Shown: in pieces, positions 24,341 to 35,762 of the stretch
How the letters are laid out: each line of letters opens with the position of its first letter
Position numbering within the stretch: the first letter of the stretch is position 1
Source: Octopus sinensis
Lineage: Eukaryota
Direction of reading: 5' to 3'
DNA length: 64,000 nt
NCBI RefSeq assembly: GCF_006345805.1
Contig: NC_043008.1
Location: 45,384,001-45,448,000 of the forward strand
Notes under the pieces: generated by a model
What the model was told of the DNA's origin: nothing
Database searches by the model: none
What the model saw: only the letters and a program-made list of their open reading frames with translations
Program-made: the position numbers and the translations under genes

Positions 24341-26789
24341 ATTCTACTTCTATGTTCTGTGTTATATATTTTAAGAATTACTGGTATTTTTATATATTTA
24401 AAGCATAATCTGTTATACATGTATGTATATTGTTATAATTGTTTTTTTAAATTAATAAATAGACATAATATAATGTCTAAAAGTTGATGAATACCACTTC
24501 TTGATCCCCTCCATTTTTTATTGCCGTATAAATTAAGGGTATAAACAACATTTTACCCTCACACATTTATTACATTTAGTAGTTAATTGCCACGCAGTAA
24601 AAAAACACTTGTGTATTAATAATTGGGTATTCTACCAGCAGTTTATTGGATATATATTATCACTTAGTTGGTTGGATTCACAACCTCAAGCTCTCTTGGA
24701 ATTATATATATATACATAGTGAGGTTCGAATTTCACGATATGGCAACATTTGGACCATCGCTTTTTTTGTATTCGTGTCTGGCTTTATATACACGGGTCC
24801 TGGTTCCATTGATTTGTGTCTGGTTACCAATTCAATTTGTAATTTTTTAAATATAATTTTATTTAATAAGTTTTGATAATTGCTAATTTACCTTTCTAGT
24901 TCGCCTGTTATTGTTTCTCCGTTCGTTGACAGGCACCGTTTTTGTACGTTTTTTTCCTACATTACAACATGTTTTATGGACCAGTTGCTCAATTTTTCAT
25001 CTGAGGTTTTAGACAATCTCACTTCGACTTTCATGGCCCATTTCTGATAGATTTTCTCGACCGATATTTCCATTGTATTCTATTTCAAGAAAATAATAAT
25101 TTTGTTGGATTCTCTTAATATATCCTGTTTCCTACAATATAGTGTTAATTTTAACTGTTGCCCTTTAGTTACTGTTTCCTTTTTCTGTTGTTTCCTTTCC
25201 ATATTGCATATTAATTCATTCATCCTTCGTTATATTACTGTTTATTGTCAGTCTAGCCACAAGTGAACTGCTTTGCCGCTACTATTAAAAATCAGCGCCT
25301 TGGCTCAACATTTCAGACCGATATTAAAAATATATTTATTCGAATGCCTCAACCCGTTAGTCTTCGTTCGAGCAAGGGTAGTTGCTGCGTAAAATGTTTC
25401 TAAATCTCAGGAAATTTTCGTAATTAATAGTACTGTTTATTATTGCTCAGTTTATATTCACATGCCCTGCTTTCCCCACTATTTTTCATTTGTACGTCCA
25501 TATACTTGGATAAATATGTCATAAAGGTCATTTAAGTAAAGCTAGATTTATAAATTCTATAATGTAACTATAAAAGAAATAGCTGAGATATGAATATCTA
25601 ACTGACATAACTGAAAATGCAATCGTAGAATGAAAGAGAGGAAACGTAATATCATTTGCATCATTAGTAAAGTATCTGAATTAAAGCAGCCATTTTAAAA
25701 ACACTACATCCAAGAGAAAACTCTTTGCTTACATTTATATTCGTGATTTTTTTTTAATTAACTGGTGTCATTTGCAGGTGAGGTAATTGGGATAGTCATT
25801 ATATCTCTTGTCAGATTATATTTTAATTCTTCACTAAATGACCGTATCATACGTCTGTTCAAAGTTAAAAGAAAAACTTCAGAAATTTATGTTGAACCAG
25901 TTTAATCTACAACAATAATGATTCTTGTTAAGTTCACACATGAATTATGCCATCGCTGCGGTGCGTGCAGTTTCATTCAATTAGCATGAAGTTGGACGTT
26001 ATGTATCGTGACTGGTTTATGTTTCTATTGTAGAAGAAAATATAACTACCTCTCAAGTGTGTTATAAGTAATATTTTCAGCAAGGATACTATAATTCATG
26101 GCAAAAAACTTTGTAGAGCTTATTTTGAAAAGATAGCGTTTCATTTTTTTTTTTTGCTTTTACTTTAGTCCGATTTTATCCTGATGCATTGTGGTAAATT
26201 CTGCATCTATTCTGTATACTCCAGTAGATGTACGTGACTCTTCTGTTACGTCTGTTTTTTTGCAAGACGAAAACTTCTAATATTACTTGTTTGAATAATG
26301 TTAAATTTACAAAGAATTGGATCAATGTTATAAGGTGTTAATACCGGCAGACTGGTGTACATAGTCAATAATTATTTTCATTCTAGTGGAACTGACGATA
26401 ATATGAATACTAGTAATATAACTCTGTTGCAAAAAGTAACAGCCACAAGGGATCGAAACCTGCCTGATGAATGGAAATACAGTTATACAATACAAATATA
26501 ATATGCGACAGAAAAACCATTAAAGATAGTATATATACAACTAGCATATCCTTCATAACAATATATACACAACACATACAATTAATATTTATCAAGCATA
26601 TAGACGTACAAATGAGAGATAATGGGGAACGCTGGCGGTCTAATTATAAACTGAGCAATAATAAACAGGACGGCAACAGTACCAGAATTCATGAGTTAAC
26701 TAAACAAGAATGAATATTGTTGTACATTAAACTGGATCAACATGAATTTGTGAAGTACTAGAGAGAGGAAGAGAAAGGAAAAAGACAAG

Positions 26790-26863
<74 letters not shown>

Positions 26864-28219
26864 ATGCAGGTTAAAGTGTATTGGAGGCGAAAGGTTGTTG
26901 TGTTTGTTAGCTTAGGCATCAAGTGCCCTTCCTTTGTCTAAAAACCTAATGTAACTCAATCCACCCCCTATCCATCTCCTATTCACTTACCCTGCAATTT
27001 TTTCTTTCTTTCTTATCAATAGTTATTTGTTTATATTTTAAAATGTTTACTATTTTTGTTTTGTTAATACTAAAGGAAATTGCAGCAATGCTTCATTCCC
27101 TAACTAGACAGGCATATAACGACATGACAGCCTTCATCAGAGAAATTTCATAGAGTAAAATGAAGCACTGAGTAACAAGAGTGCCGCATTGTCATAATGT
27201 ATTTTTGTGCACACGAAGTTCAAAGCTGTGTTTGGGCCATTAGACTTATAAGTATGAAGAGGTTTACATGCACACATCGCTGCCGGAAATTCCTGTTTTC
27301 TTTCCAGGAAAGTGATTTGGTTTCACTTGATAAATTTCAAGAAAATGAACTTTCTACAATGTTGTGAAGCATTAGGAAATGTTACGCGGCAGCTTGTCCT
27401 CAATATATCTGGAGTAGAAAGTTTTATTTTCAATAATTTTTTTTATGTTCAAGATCATTGCTCTTGGATGTTATTAGCCATTCTATGCGTCAAGGAAGGC
27501 CCAAACAGTATTAAGCATCCACAATTTTTGCTAATATGTTTTTTACATTTTTATTTCTAACGATATCCAATACAATCTTTCTAGTAGGGACAAAGCTGTT
27601 CGTTTACATATAATAATAAGAAATAACCATAATGTATAGGAATAATACTTTTTCTTTTTTTTCTTTCTTTTTACATAAATTTCTTTGCGCTGCGTGATAT
27701 TGCATGAAGTTCTACAATCATAAATGCGAACAAAGCCAGTAAATATCGTATTTGATTTGACCTAAGCTATAGACTATGGATTCACTTTTGTTTACTTGAT
27801 CAAATATTGGTGTGTTCTGATTCCTTTATTTCTCAAAATTTTGATGTTAAATGTAGTTTTATCATACAATTGTTTATTTTATCTTTTCATCTTTTGCTAG
27901 CATCTAAAGGGATCAATGGCCACGCTAGCCTGATGTCTCTCCTGGGCAAAGAGAAACAACACATTAAGTCGATGGTTGACGATAGTTGTTACATGGCAAC
28001 GCACTAACAAACATTCAACGGATGCACTGATAAATAACCGTAGTAAAACAAAAATTAATAACAAAAACAAGACATACACTAGGATAATAAAACCATAGGG
28101 ATGGTTTATAAAACACGCTTAAGTATAATGGAAATCTATCGGCAAGTATGCATGCACACGTGCAAACATACATGCATGCTTACATACATTCTGTCTCAAG
28201 AACGTAAACTAAACAAATC

Positions 28220-28592
28220 GGCGTGTCTGTGTGGTAAGAAGCTTGCTTTCCAACCACATGGTTCTGGGTTCAGTCTAACTGCGTGGTAGTTTGGGTAAAT
28301 GTCTTCTACAGTAGCCTCGGACCGACAGAATCTGAGAGAAGTCCGTCGTATGTGTGTGTGTGTGCGTGCGTGTGTGTGTGTGTGTGTTTGTGTGTGTGTG
28401 AGTGTGTGTGTGTGTGTGTCTGCTTGTCCCTCAACCACTGCTTGACAACCAGTGTTTCTGTGTTTGCATTCTTGTAACTTAGCGGTTCGGCAAAAGAGCA
28501 CAATAGAATAAGAACTAGGCTTAACAAAGGAATAGATACAAGGAGTCGATTCATTCGGCTAAAAGAGATTGCTCAAAGGGGTGCCCCAGCGT
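28220..28592 (+). mobile_element. tRNA-derived SINE family A with an internal (GT)n tract
   Basis: gtgtctgtgtggtaagaagcttgct..gggttcagtc head; 3' body is the complement of 2005-2180. Confidence 0.8.
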
Positions 28593-28654
28593 GAGCAGCA
28601 TGCGATTTCTGAAACCAGAAGGCGATTTCTTTTCCTATCGACTTTTCCTTTTCT

Positions 28655-28690
28655 CAGTTCCGACGAAGAGCTATGTTCGAAACGTCGCCA
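28655..28690 (+). ncRNA. Degenerate minimal hammerhead (same family as 33358-33394)
   Basis: CcGACGA-a-GAGC tat GTTC-GAAACGTC with a U4C change. Confidence 0.45.
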
Positions 28691-28738
28691 TGTCCGTTAA
28701 TTTTATTCGTTCATCTGAATTTATTGTTTATTTGAATT

Positions 28739-28779
<41 letters not shown>

Positions 28780-28783
<4 letters not shown>

Positions 28784-29260
28784 TAGCTGCATCAACTTGC
28801 TATAAAAGCAAGTAGTAATTTTGTCCTCTACTTATTCTTAGTGCAAATTGTGAAGAGTGCAGTCCGATTTTAACAGTTAATTTTTCAAAGCTATAATGGA
28901 AGTGATAAAGATTGATATTTTGCTTTATGAATTCAATAAAGGTAAGAACTCATCGGAAAGTGCCAAGAATATTAATGCAGTATACGCGATCGGAAAATAA
29001 GCGTATGCCAGTGTCAATGGTGGTTCCAGAAATTCCGAGCCGGAAACTACAGTCCAGAAAACGAACTTCGTCCCTGAAGATCTGTAGATCTCGGCAAGGA
29101 CGTCCTGCAAATTCTAGTGGAACAAAATCCAATCGTAACTGTTGAGGGACTAGCAGAGAACCTTAGATATGGTCATTCAACTATTTATCAACACCTTTAT
29201 GAGATCGGAAAAGTCAGCAATTTCGGTCAATGGATTCCTCACAAACTTTCCGAGTCTAAC
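28780..29260 (+). mobile_element. Mariner transposase 5' relic (HTH region)
   Basis: From ATG 28896: ILLYEFNKGKN..AKNINAVY, WWFQKFRAGNYS, LVEQNP..TVEGLAENL..GHSTI..HL..IGKV..GQWIPHKL (WVPHEL-type motif). Confidence 0.88.
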
Positions 29261-30595
29261 CTTTTGAAGCTTCCGTTGAATTTGCAAACCTTCTGGCATA
29301 CACTGCATTCAAAGGTGTGAACAGACATATCGGTAGAAAAGTTGGTGGAGGTACGTTTTCCAAGCGTTCGCAGAAGAGATTTGAGCTAAGCCAAAGACAG
29401 GCATGGTCTGTCACAGACTGTGCACACAAAAAGGTCAATGTCATTCACCTTCTCGATCGTTGCATTCTTCCTTAGATTTCTTTTGAGTCTTACTTGCGTT
29501 ATCCTAGCCTCTTCAATTGCTTTCACTCCACACTTTTGTCGCCATCCAACTTGGTCCGAAGCAAGGGTTTCTATATCTTCTAGAAGCATTCCAAGTGACT
29601 TCATAGTAGTCCTTATGCCGTCCTTAAACCATTATTTTAGGTTTACGCAGATAGTGTTTCCCCTCTGCAAGCTCACCATAAAACAGCTGTTTCAGCATGC
29701 GTTCATCTGCCATTCGAACAATATGACCAGACCATCTCATTTAGTTCTTAAAAATTATAGCTTTAATTGAGGTGATGCCTGCAGAAGCAAGGACATTAAA
29801 ATGCGATGAAGGCATTTTTGGTGGAATTGTTCCAACAATTGAAAATACCTTTCATAACAAGTCCAAGTTTCACAGGAATACAACAGGGATGGTAGGGCAA
29901 ATGATTTGTAAAGAGCCAGCTTTGTATTCTTATCTATATGTTGCTGGCACCAAACGCGGGACTCCAAGCCAACAAATGCTTTTGCTGCCCTTTGAATTCG
30001 CAGCTGTATTTCTGTATCAAGATTTCCATCATTTTGAACAGAGTTTCCAAGGCAGCCGAACAAATCGACAACCTCAAGTAACTTTCCCTTAAATTTCTTA
30101 GGGGGTTACTAACAGCACCACACGAAGATTGATGTATTACAACTGTTTTTTCACTTTGATAGTCAAGCCAAAATCATCACAGGCTGAGTCAAATGCAGAT
30201 ACAAGAGATTGCAGACATGTTTCAGAATGACTGATAAGATCGCAATCGTCAGCATACAAAATTTCCCTAATGAGTGAAGTAAAAACCTTCGTTTTGAATT
30301 TCAGTCTGGTCAGATTAAAAGCATTCCCTGTTGTTCGATATTTTATGTAAATACCCTCCTCAGAGATTTGAAAAGCACGTGACACACAACAGCAAAGTAT
30401 ATTGCAAAGAGGGTAGGTGCATCAAGGTCCCCTTGCTTTACTCCATTTTCCATGGCAAAAGTGTCAGAGAGCCTACCACCAAAATTAACTCTAGCTTTCA
30501 TATCTTGATGCAAAACCCTGATCATGTTTACAAATTTTTCTGGGCAACTATTTTCCTTAGAATTAACCACAGAACATTTCGATTAACAGTATTGA
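29261..30595 (-). mobile_element. RTE (BovB-like) LINE, 5'-truncated RT and C-terminus
   Basis: GVKQGDLDAPTLF, IKYRTTGNAFNLTRLK, ILYADDCDL, FGLTI, SLLYSCETWT, C-terminal CTVCDRPC. Confidence 0.9.
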
Positions 30596-30756
30596 ATGCA
30601 TGCATGCATTCACGCTTGCTTGCTTACTTGCTTACTTACTTACTTACTTACTTACTTACATGCTTACATGCTTACATGCATACATACATACATACATACA
30701 TACATACATACATACATACATACATACATACATACATACATACATACATACATACA
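30596..30756. repeat. (CTTA)n/(CATA)n tetranucleotide microsatellite
   Basis: Seen directly. Confidence 0.9.
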
Positions 30757-31132
30757 TGAGAACACAAAGGGTGTCTAAAATATATTGCATCTGTTTCGGT
30801 AGAATTTCTTATTGATGTTTTCTTAGATTATATCATTGTATAATATCCACCATATTCGAGCGTATTTCTAAAAAGGTATCAAGCAGATGAGATTTCATAC
30901 GTTGAATTTAACGAAGCCAAAGTAGTTGGATAAGTGACTTTTTTAAAATAGCATTCAAATTTATGAGAAAGTTAGATGTGACTTGAACGGTCATGCAAGA
31001 AGCAAAGAGATTAAAGATCTATATTGCTTAAATTCACTTATCTAAAATAGTTTATAGCTAATATTGGTGTTGAGAGCATACATATACAAATATATATACA
31101 TATGCATACATGCATATACGCATATCTATCTA

Positions 31133-31180
<48 letters not shown>

Positions 31181-31591
31181 ATACCTATTAATTCTCTTTA
31201 TCTCTCTCTCTCTCTCGCACTCACACACACACACACACATATATATATACACACACATATACATATATACAGTGTAATGTTCCATTATTGTAAGATCAAC
31301 AAAATAAGTACCCCATCTGGTAAGAGATAAATATTTGATAAACACAATATATGTTTTTATGTGCTACTATTAGGTTATTAGGTTCCGGCGGTAAAAGCAA
31401 ATCAGACAATATTTCCAGTCTCATACTTTGCAGTAAAAGGGGACATAACTCTAAACTTAACTTCTTTCTATTTTGTTCTTCGTTTTCCAGGTTTTCAGCT
31501 TTCCACCTTCTATATCAACCTCTTTCTCGTCTTTTCTTATTTTTTCTCTTATCATTGGTTCTATCTTTAGCTTGTAATGCCATGTGGAAAT

Positions 31592-31674
31592 TGCCTGAAG
31601 ATTGCGATAAGGCACCAAACATGTTAAAAGACACTGTCTGAGATGCATTCATCGCATGAAACTAATAGTAGCAC
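31592..31674 (+). ncRNA. Type I hammerhead ribozyme candidate
   Basis: tgc-CTGAAGA-tTGCGAT ... ATCGCAt-GAAA-CTAATA-GTA|gca. Core is intact, stem I is 3 bp, and the stem II closing pair is mismatched. Confidence 0.6.
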
Positions 31675-31712
31675 ATAAAAACATATTATTAAAAACCACA
31701 GACACATACACA

Positions 31713-31791
<79 letters not shown>

Positions 31792-32327
31792 AGTTAAAAA
31801 TAAGTAGCAAGTATTCAAATTATATTTCATAACCAGTTTAAAGTAAGAAAATTTGTTCCTTAAGTAGTGCGAACATTTCACTCAAAGTTCATTAGATTTG
31901 GAGAGGATATTACCTGAACATTTTCCATAATTCAGTACAGTCAATCCTACACCCATACCTATCATTTAATTAGAGAACTGCATATTTTATTATGCTCCAT
32001 GATCTTTGGAATCTAAACTTTTGTTTTCAAATTCTCAAACTTTTTTTTCTGCGTGTGATGTAAGCATAGTCTTATGTTTATTAAAAGTATAAGAATGATT
32101 ATATAATCTGCGCTTAAGTTTTTAAGAATTTTAACGAAACGATGTAGGTAAATTTGGTTAGATTACTTATCACATCACATTTATAGATATATTTTCAGTG
32201 ATGCATAATTTATAAGAGGGTATGGCAGTTTTACAATTACAAAACTGACATTTATGGACATACCACTTTCAGTGTTGTTCGAGGGTAGCATACACACACA
32301 CACGCACTCACACACACACACACACAC

Positions 32328-32391
<64 letters not shown>

Positions 32392-32394
<3 letters not shown>

Positions 32395-33110
32395 TGCACT
32401 CCACAAGTTTTCAGACTTCTCGGAAGAAACATTTATTAATTTCGTAAAAGTATAAAATGCTTATTAAAACGTAGGAATCTCCGACTTCAGTGCATTGTTA
32501 GGGCGTTCAAACAATACACGAAGGCCCCACGGAAGTCCTCCAAAGTAAAGGTGTTCAAAATCTTTGTCCCAGCTGCCTTCATTTTCTCATTCAAATTAGA
32601 GAACAATCAAATATCATAGAGAGAAAAATCTGGACCATAGGAGGATAAGGGATACGGCTGATGATCATCATCTCTCTCTCAAGCATTTGGTTAATAGAAT
32701 GGAACTGTGGACGGGTGTGTTGCCGTTGTTCGGGTGGTATGGGCTCTTGTGATGAAATCTGATCGTAAACTCCCTCGAAATCTCCACAAAGTAATCCTTC
32801 TTGAGTGGCTGGCGAGAGGAAACTCAGTGAATGTAGGGGAACATCATGAAGCTTCCCGTTGGATTGCTTTGCCTGGACACTTGTGCAAGCAAAAATCAGA
32901 TGCTCCACTCATACGAGTCAATCCGCACGCTGTCTGGAGCATTTCAGCTTTTGTCGCTATATTTCATAGCGAGATCCAAAACTGTCTTCACGTCCCGACG
33001 GCTTCTGCAAACTAATCACTTGTAACAAGCAGTCCTTAGTCAGGTGCGTTGAAAGTGCTGTTACAACTGCCTCCTTCAAAAGGTTGTGGGTCAGACTATT
33101 AGATGTATAA
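32392..33110 (-). mobile_element. Degraded mariner transposase C-terminal relic
   Basis: The minus strand gives IPYPP/YGPDFSLYDI*LFSNL (YSPDLAPxD-like), TLEDFRGAF and a C-terminal EVGDSY. Confidence 0.65.
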
Positions 33111-33357
33111 TAATGATATAGTAAAATTTCAATAATCAAGAACAGTTAGATACAACTACCTCACTTAAAGATTCTCAAAATATATGGAATATCCCTCGTA
33201 TATACACAGGCATGTATATAAGTGTGAGGGTGTGTGTGCGTATATATATATATATAGTTAATCCAAACATGAAAACACAAAGAGAAAACAAAACAAGGCA
33301 CGAACGTGGAACAAGTATAGTGTTATTGGACACTCAGGAAAGGAAAGAAAGAAGGAG

Positions 33358-33394
33358 GATTTAACGTTTCGAGCGGAGCTCTTCGTCAGAAACA
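33358..33394 (-). ncRNA. Minimal type I hammerhead of PLE type within a short repeat (33258-33407)
   Basis: uuu-CUGACGA-a-GAGC-ucc-GCUC-GAAACGUUA-aa; stem III is reduced to the palindrome AACGUU. Confidence 0.6.
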
Positions 33395-33959
33395 TAGGAA
33401 AAGGAAATATATATATATATATATATATATAATTCAACAAGCATATTAGTGACCATCTTGGATACTATCATGCAAAATGTTATTCATATGACAAGGGAAG
33501 ACAAGATTCTTGAATCTAATGAATATGTATTTAGAAATATTGTCTTTATGATCGTTGCCTTGTTTAGCTTCGACGTATTCATGTATATAATTCTATCCGT
33601 ATAATTTATGCATTTTAGAATTCTGTGATGCAATGATGCACGCATAAGATGAAGTAAAGTGCACGTTGAAGAAAGCAGCAACAGATTTTAAAAACATACG
33701 TACCTACCCATCTACGTTGTGTGTGTCCGTGTTTATCAAGCATGTATTTATACAGAAAAATATAAAGAAAAATGTAGAAAAATAAAAATGTAGATATAAA
33801 GTATGTGTATGCATAGAGAGAAAGAGAGAGGGGGTGTTGGAGCTAAAATAGACAGTTGCATAAAAGGAAAGTAAAACAAAACGCACCGTCCTATCCTAAA
33901 AGAAATGTATTTTTAAAAAATTAAATTATCAACTAGATTATGGTTGGGAGATAACAGTA

Positions 33960-34400
33960 TACTCAAAGTAACCGTTTTCAGCTTCCATCGCAGCAAAAAT
34001 ATTGATCCGGAATCTGGCGCATGCGTTCCTCAGTGTGTCTCTAAGAAGAAATTTGAACACCTTCTTGATCTTGGCTACCAGTCCGGACTTGGTGTTGCTG
34101 GCAGAGCGATTGGTGTCATTCTCAACTAAGCCCCATGGGAAACTAGAAGGCTAGAAATTGGTGCTGTCGAAGTCGTAAAAATTCTCGGACAAACACGCCT
34201 GATTATTTTCGGAGGTGTGGCAAGGTGCCGAATCTTGTTGCCACATACACCGCATTCCAGTAGCAGCCCTTTCTGTCCTGGTAGTGTCAACAGTCTTCAG
34301 AAGCTTCAAGTATCCATCTGAATTGAGCCTAAGCCACGTTCAAACATGTGGAGATCAATTCTGGCATGCGGACGTATGCTGTGTCATTTCATGCTGGCCC
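33960..34400 (-). mobile_element. Tc1/mariner (maT-like) transposase C-terminal relic
   Basis: GLRLNSDGYLKLL..WQQDSAPCHTS..QACLSENFYDF..WGLVENDTNR..LRNACARFR..EAENGYFE*. Confidence 0.8.
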
Positions 34401-34661
34401 ACGCTTTCGTAATCTCTGTTTTGGCTATCCATAAAACGCTACGGCAGTCATAACATTTTGATACCCGGATTGAATCAACATAATACAAGTAACTCTTCCA
34501 ATAGTCAGATGGCCCCCAGGCCTTCATATCAGCTTTTTCTTAACTACAACATTAATCTCTGTTCTCCCCAACGTCGTTGAATGTTCCCGTAAAAAGGGGA
34601 CATACAAACCAGTCAAATTTAACCCGAACACTTTATGTCTGTTTGCCTGCCTGTGTACCTG

Positions 34662-34723
<62 letters not shown>

Positions 34724-35042
34724 AACTCCCATATATATTATGTATGTAAGAATAGGAAAATGTGCTTATATAAGACATTTTGTGAATAAATTAATATATT
34801 AGATAAAGAAAGTATATTAAAGTGTCGTTAACAGAAAATATTGAGAGTTAGCAAAATGTATTATTTTGAATAAAAAAGAATTCTACTGAAAAAATGTTAA
34901 AGTAAAACAGCAAAACAAGAACCCAAAACGCAAAAGGAATTGAACCTACTTAATTTTTCTCGAATATCTATGTTGTACTCAGCTAATTATTATGATACGT
35001 AGATGGGTTTCCATTTTTCATGTCTAATTTATACATATGTGT

Positions 35043-35081
<39 letters not shown>

Positions 35082-35110
35082 TCTTTCACATACACGCACA
35101 CGTATGTATG

Positions 35111-35762
35111 TCATTATTCAGTTTATTTCAAGGTTTCTTGCCAATACAGAAAGAACCGGTTCTAACCTAGATCCAATTCATTGGAATTTCAGCATCAACA
35201 GCAGGGTATTTTTGTTTGAGTGTATGTATGTATGTATGTGTGTAGATTTGTATGATTCATGTATGCAGTCTCATGCTTATAGTTGAATATCGAGACATGG
35301 CCATATATATTTAAGCGATAAACTTGTGGAAAGTTTAACAGATTTTTAGTTCTAGTGATGAACAGGATCTGTAGACTTTGAATAAGCTTTCTCGTTTCTG
35401 GTTTGGAGAAGCCTAGTTTCTCAAAATGGCATTTAGGCAGTGTGTTACATATTCCAGTGACCCAATATTTTCAGGTATAAACCTGAACTTGCAATATGGA
35501 TAGAGTAACTGCAGATTTCTCAATAGTTCAACCTGGGTGTTCTATTTTGCACTGATCTTCATCTTTATGTTAACGTCCGCTGGGCAGTTAATTTCCACAG
35601 CTGTACACAGTTTCTCTTTTCTTTCCCAAATCATTATATCAGATATATTATGTTTACATTTTATTGAGGATTTACTGCTACATTCCACCAGTACCCTTTT
35701 TTTATTATGAGTGGACGTGGCTTTCACCATACTGTGGGTTCTTATTTGTCTGTCTTTGTCAC
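35111..35762 (-). mobile_element. 3' end of an R4/Dong-type non-LTR element (restriction-like endonuclease + 3' UTR)
   Basis: YWWNV, KCKHNISDIMIW..CTAVEINCPADVN (HNRPD..E..CP motif), LRNLQLLYP..FRFIP..IGSL. Confidence 0.75.

Noticed and set aside
26390-26485. CTGACGA, GAAAC and CTGATGA close together
   Set aside because: No stems can be formed in hammerhead order.
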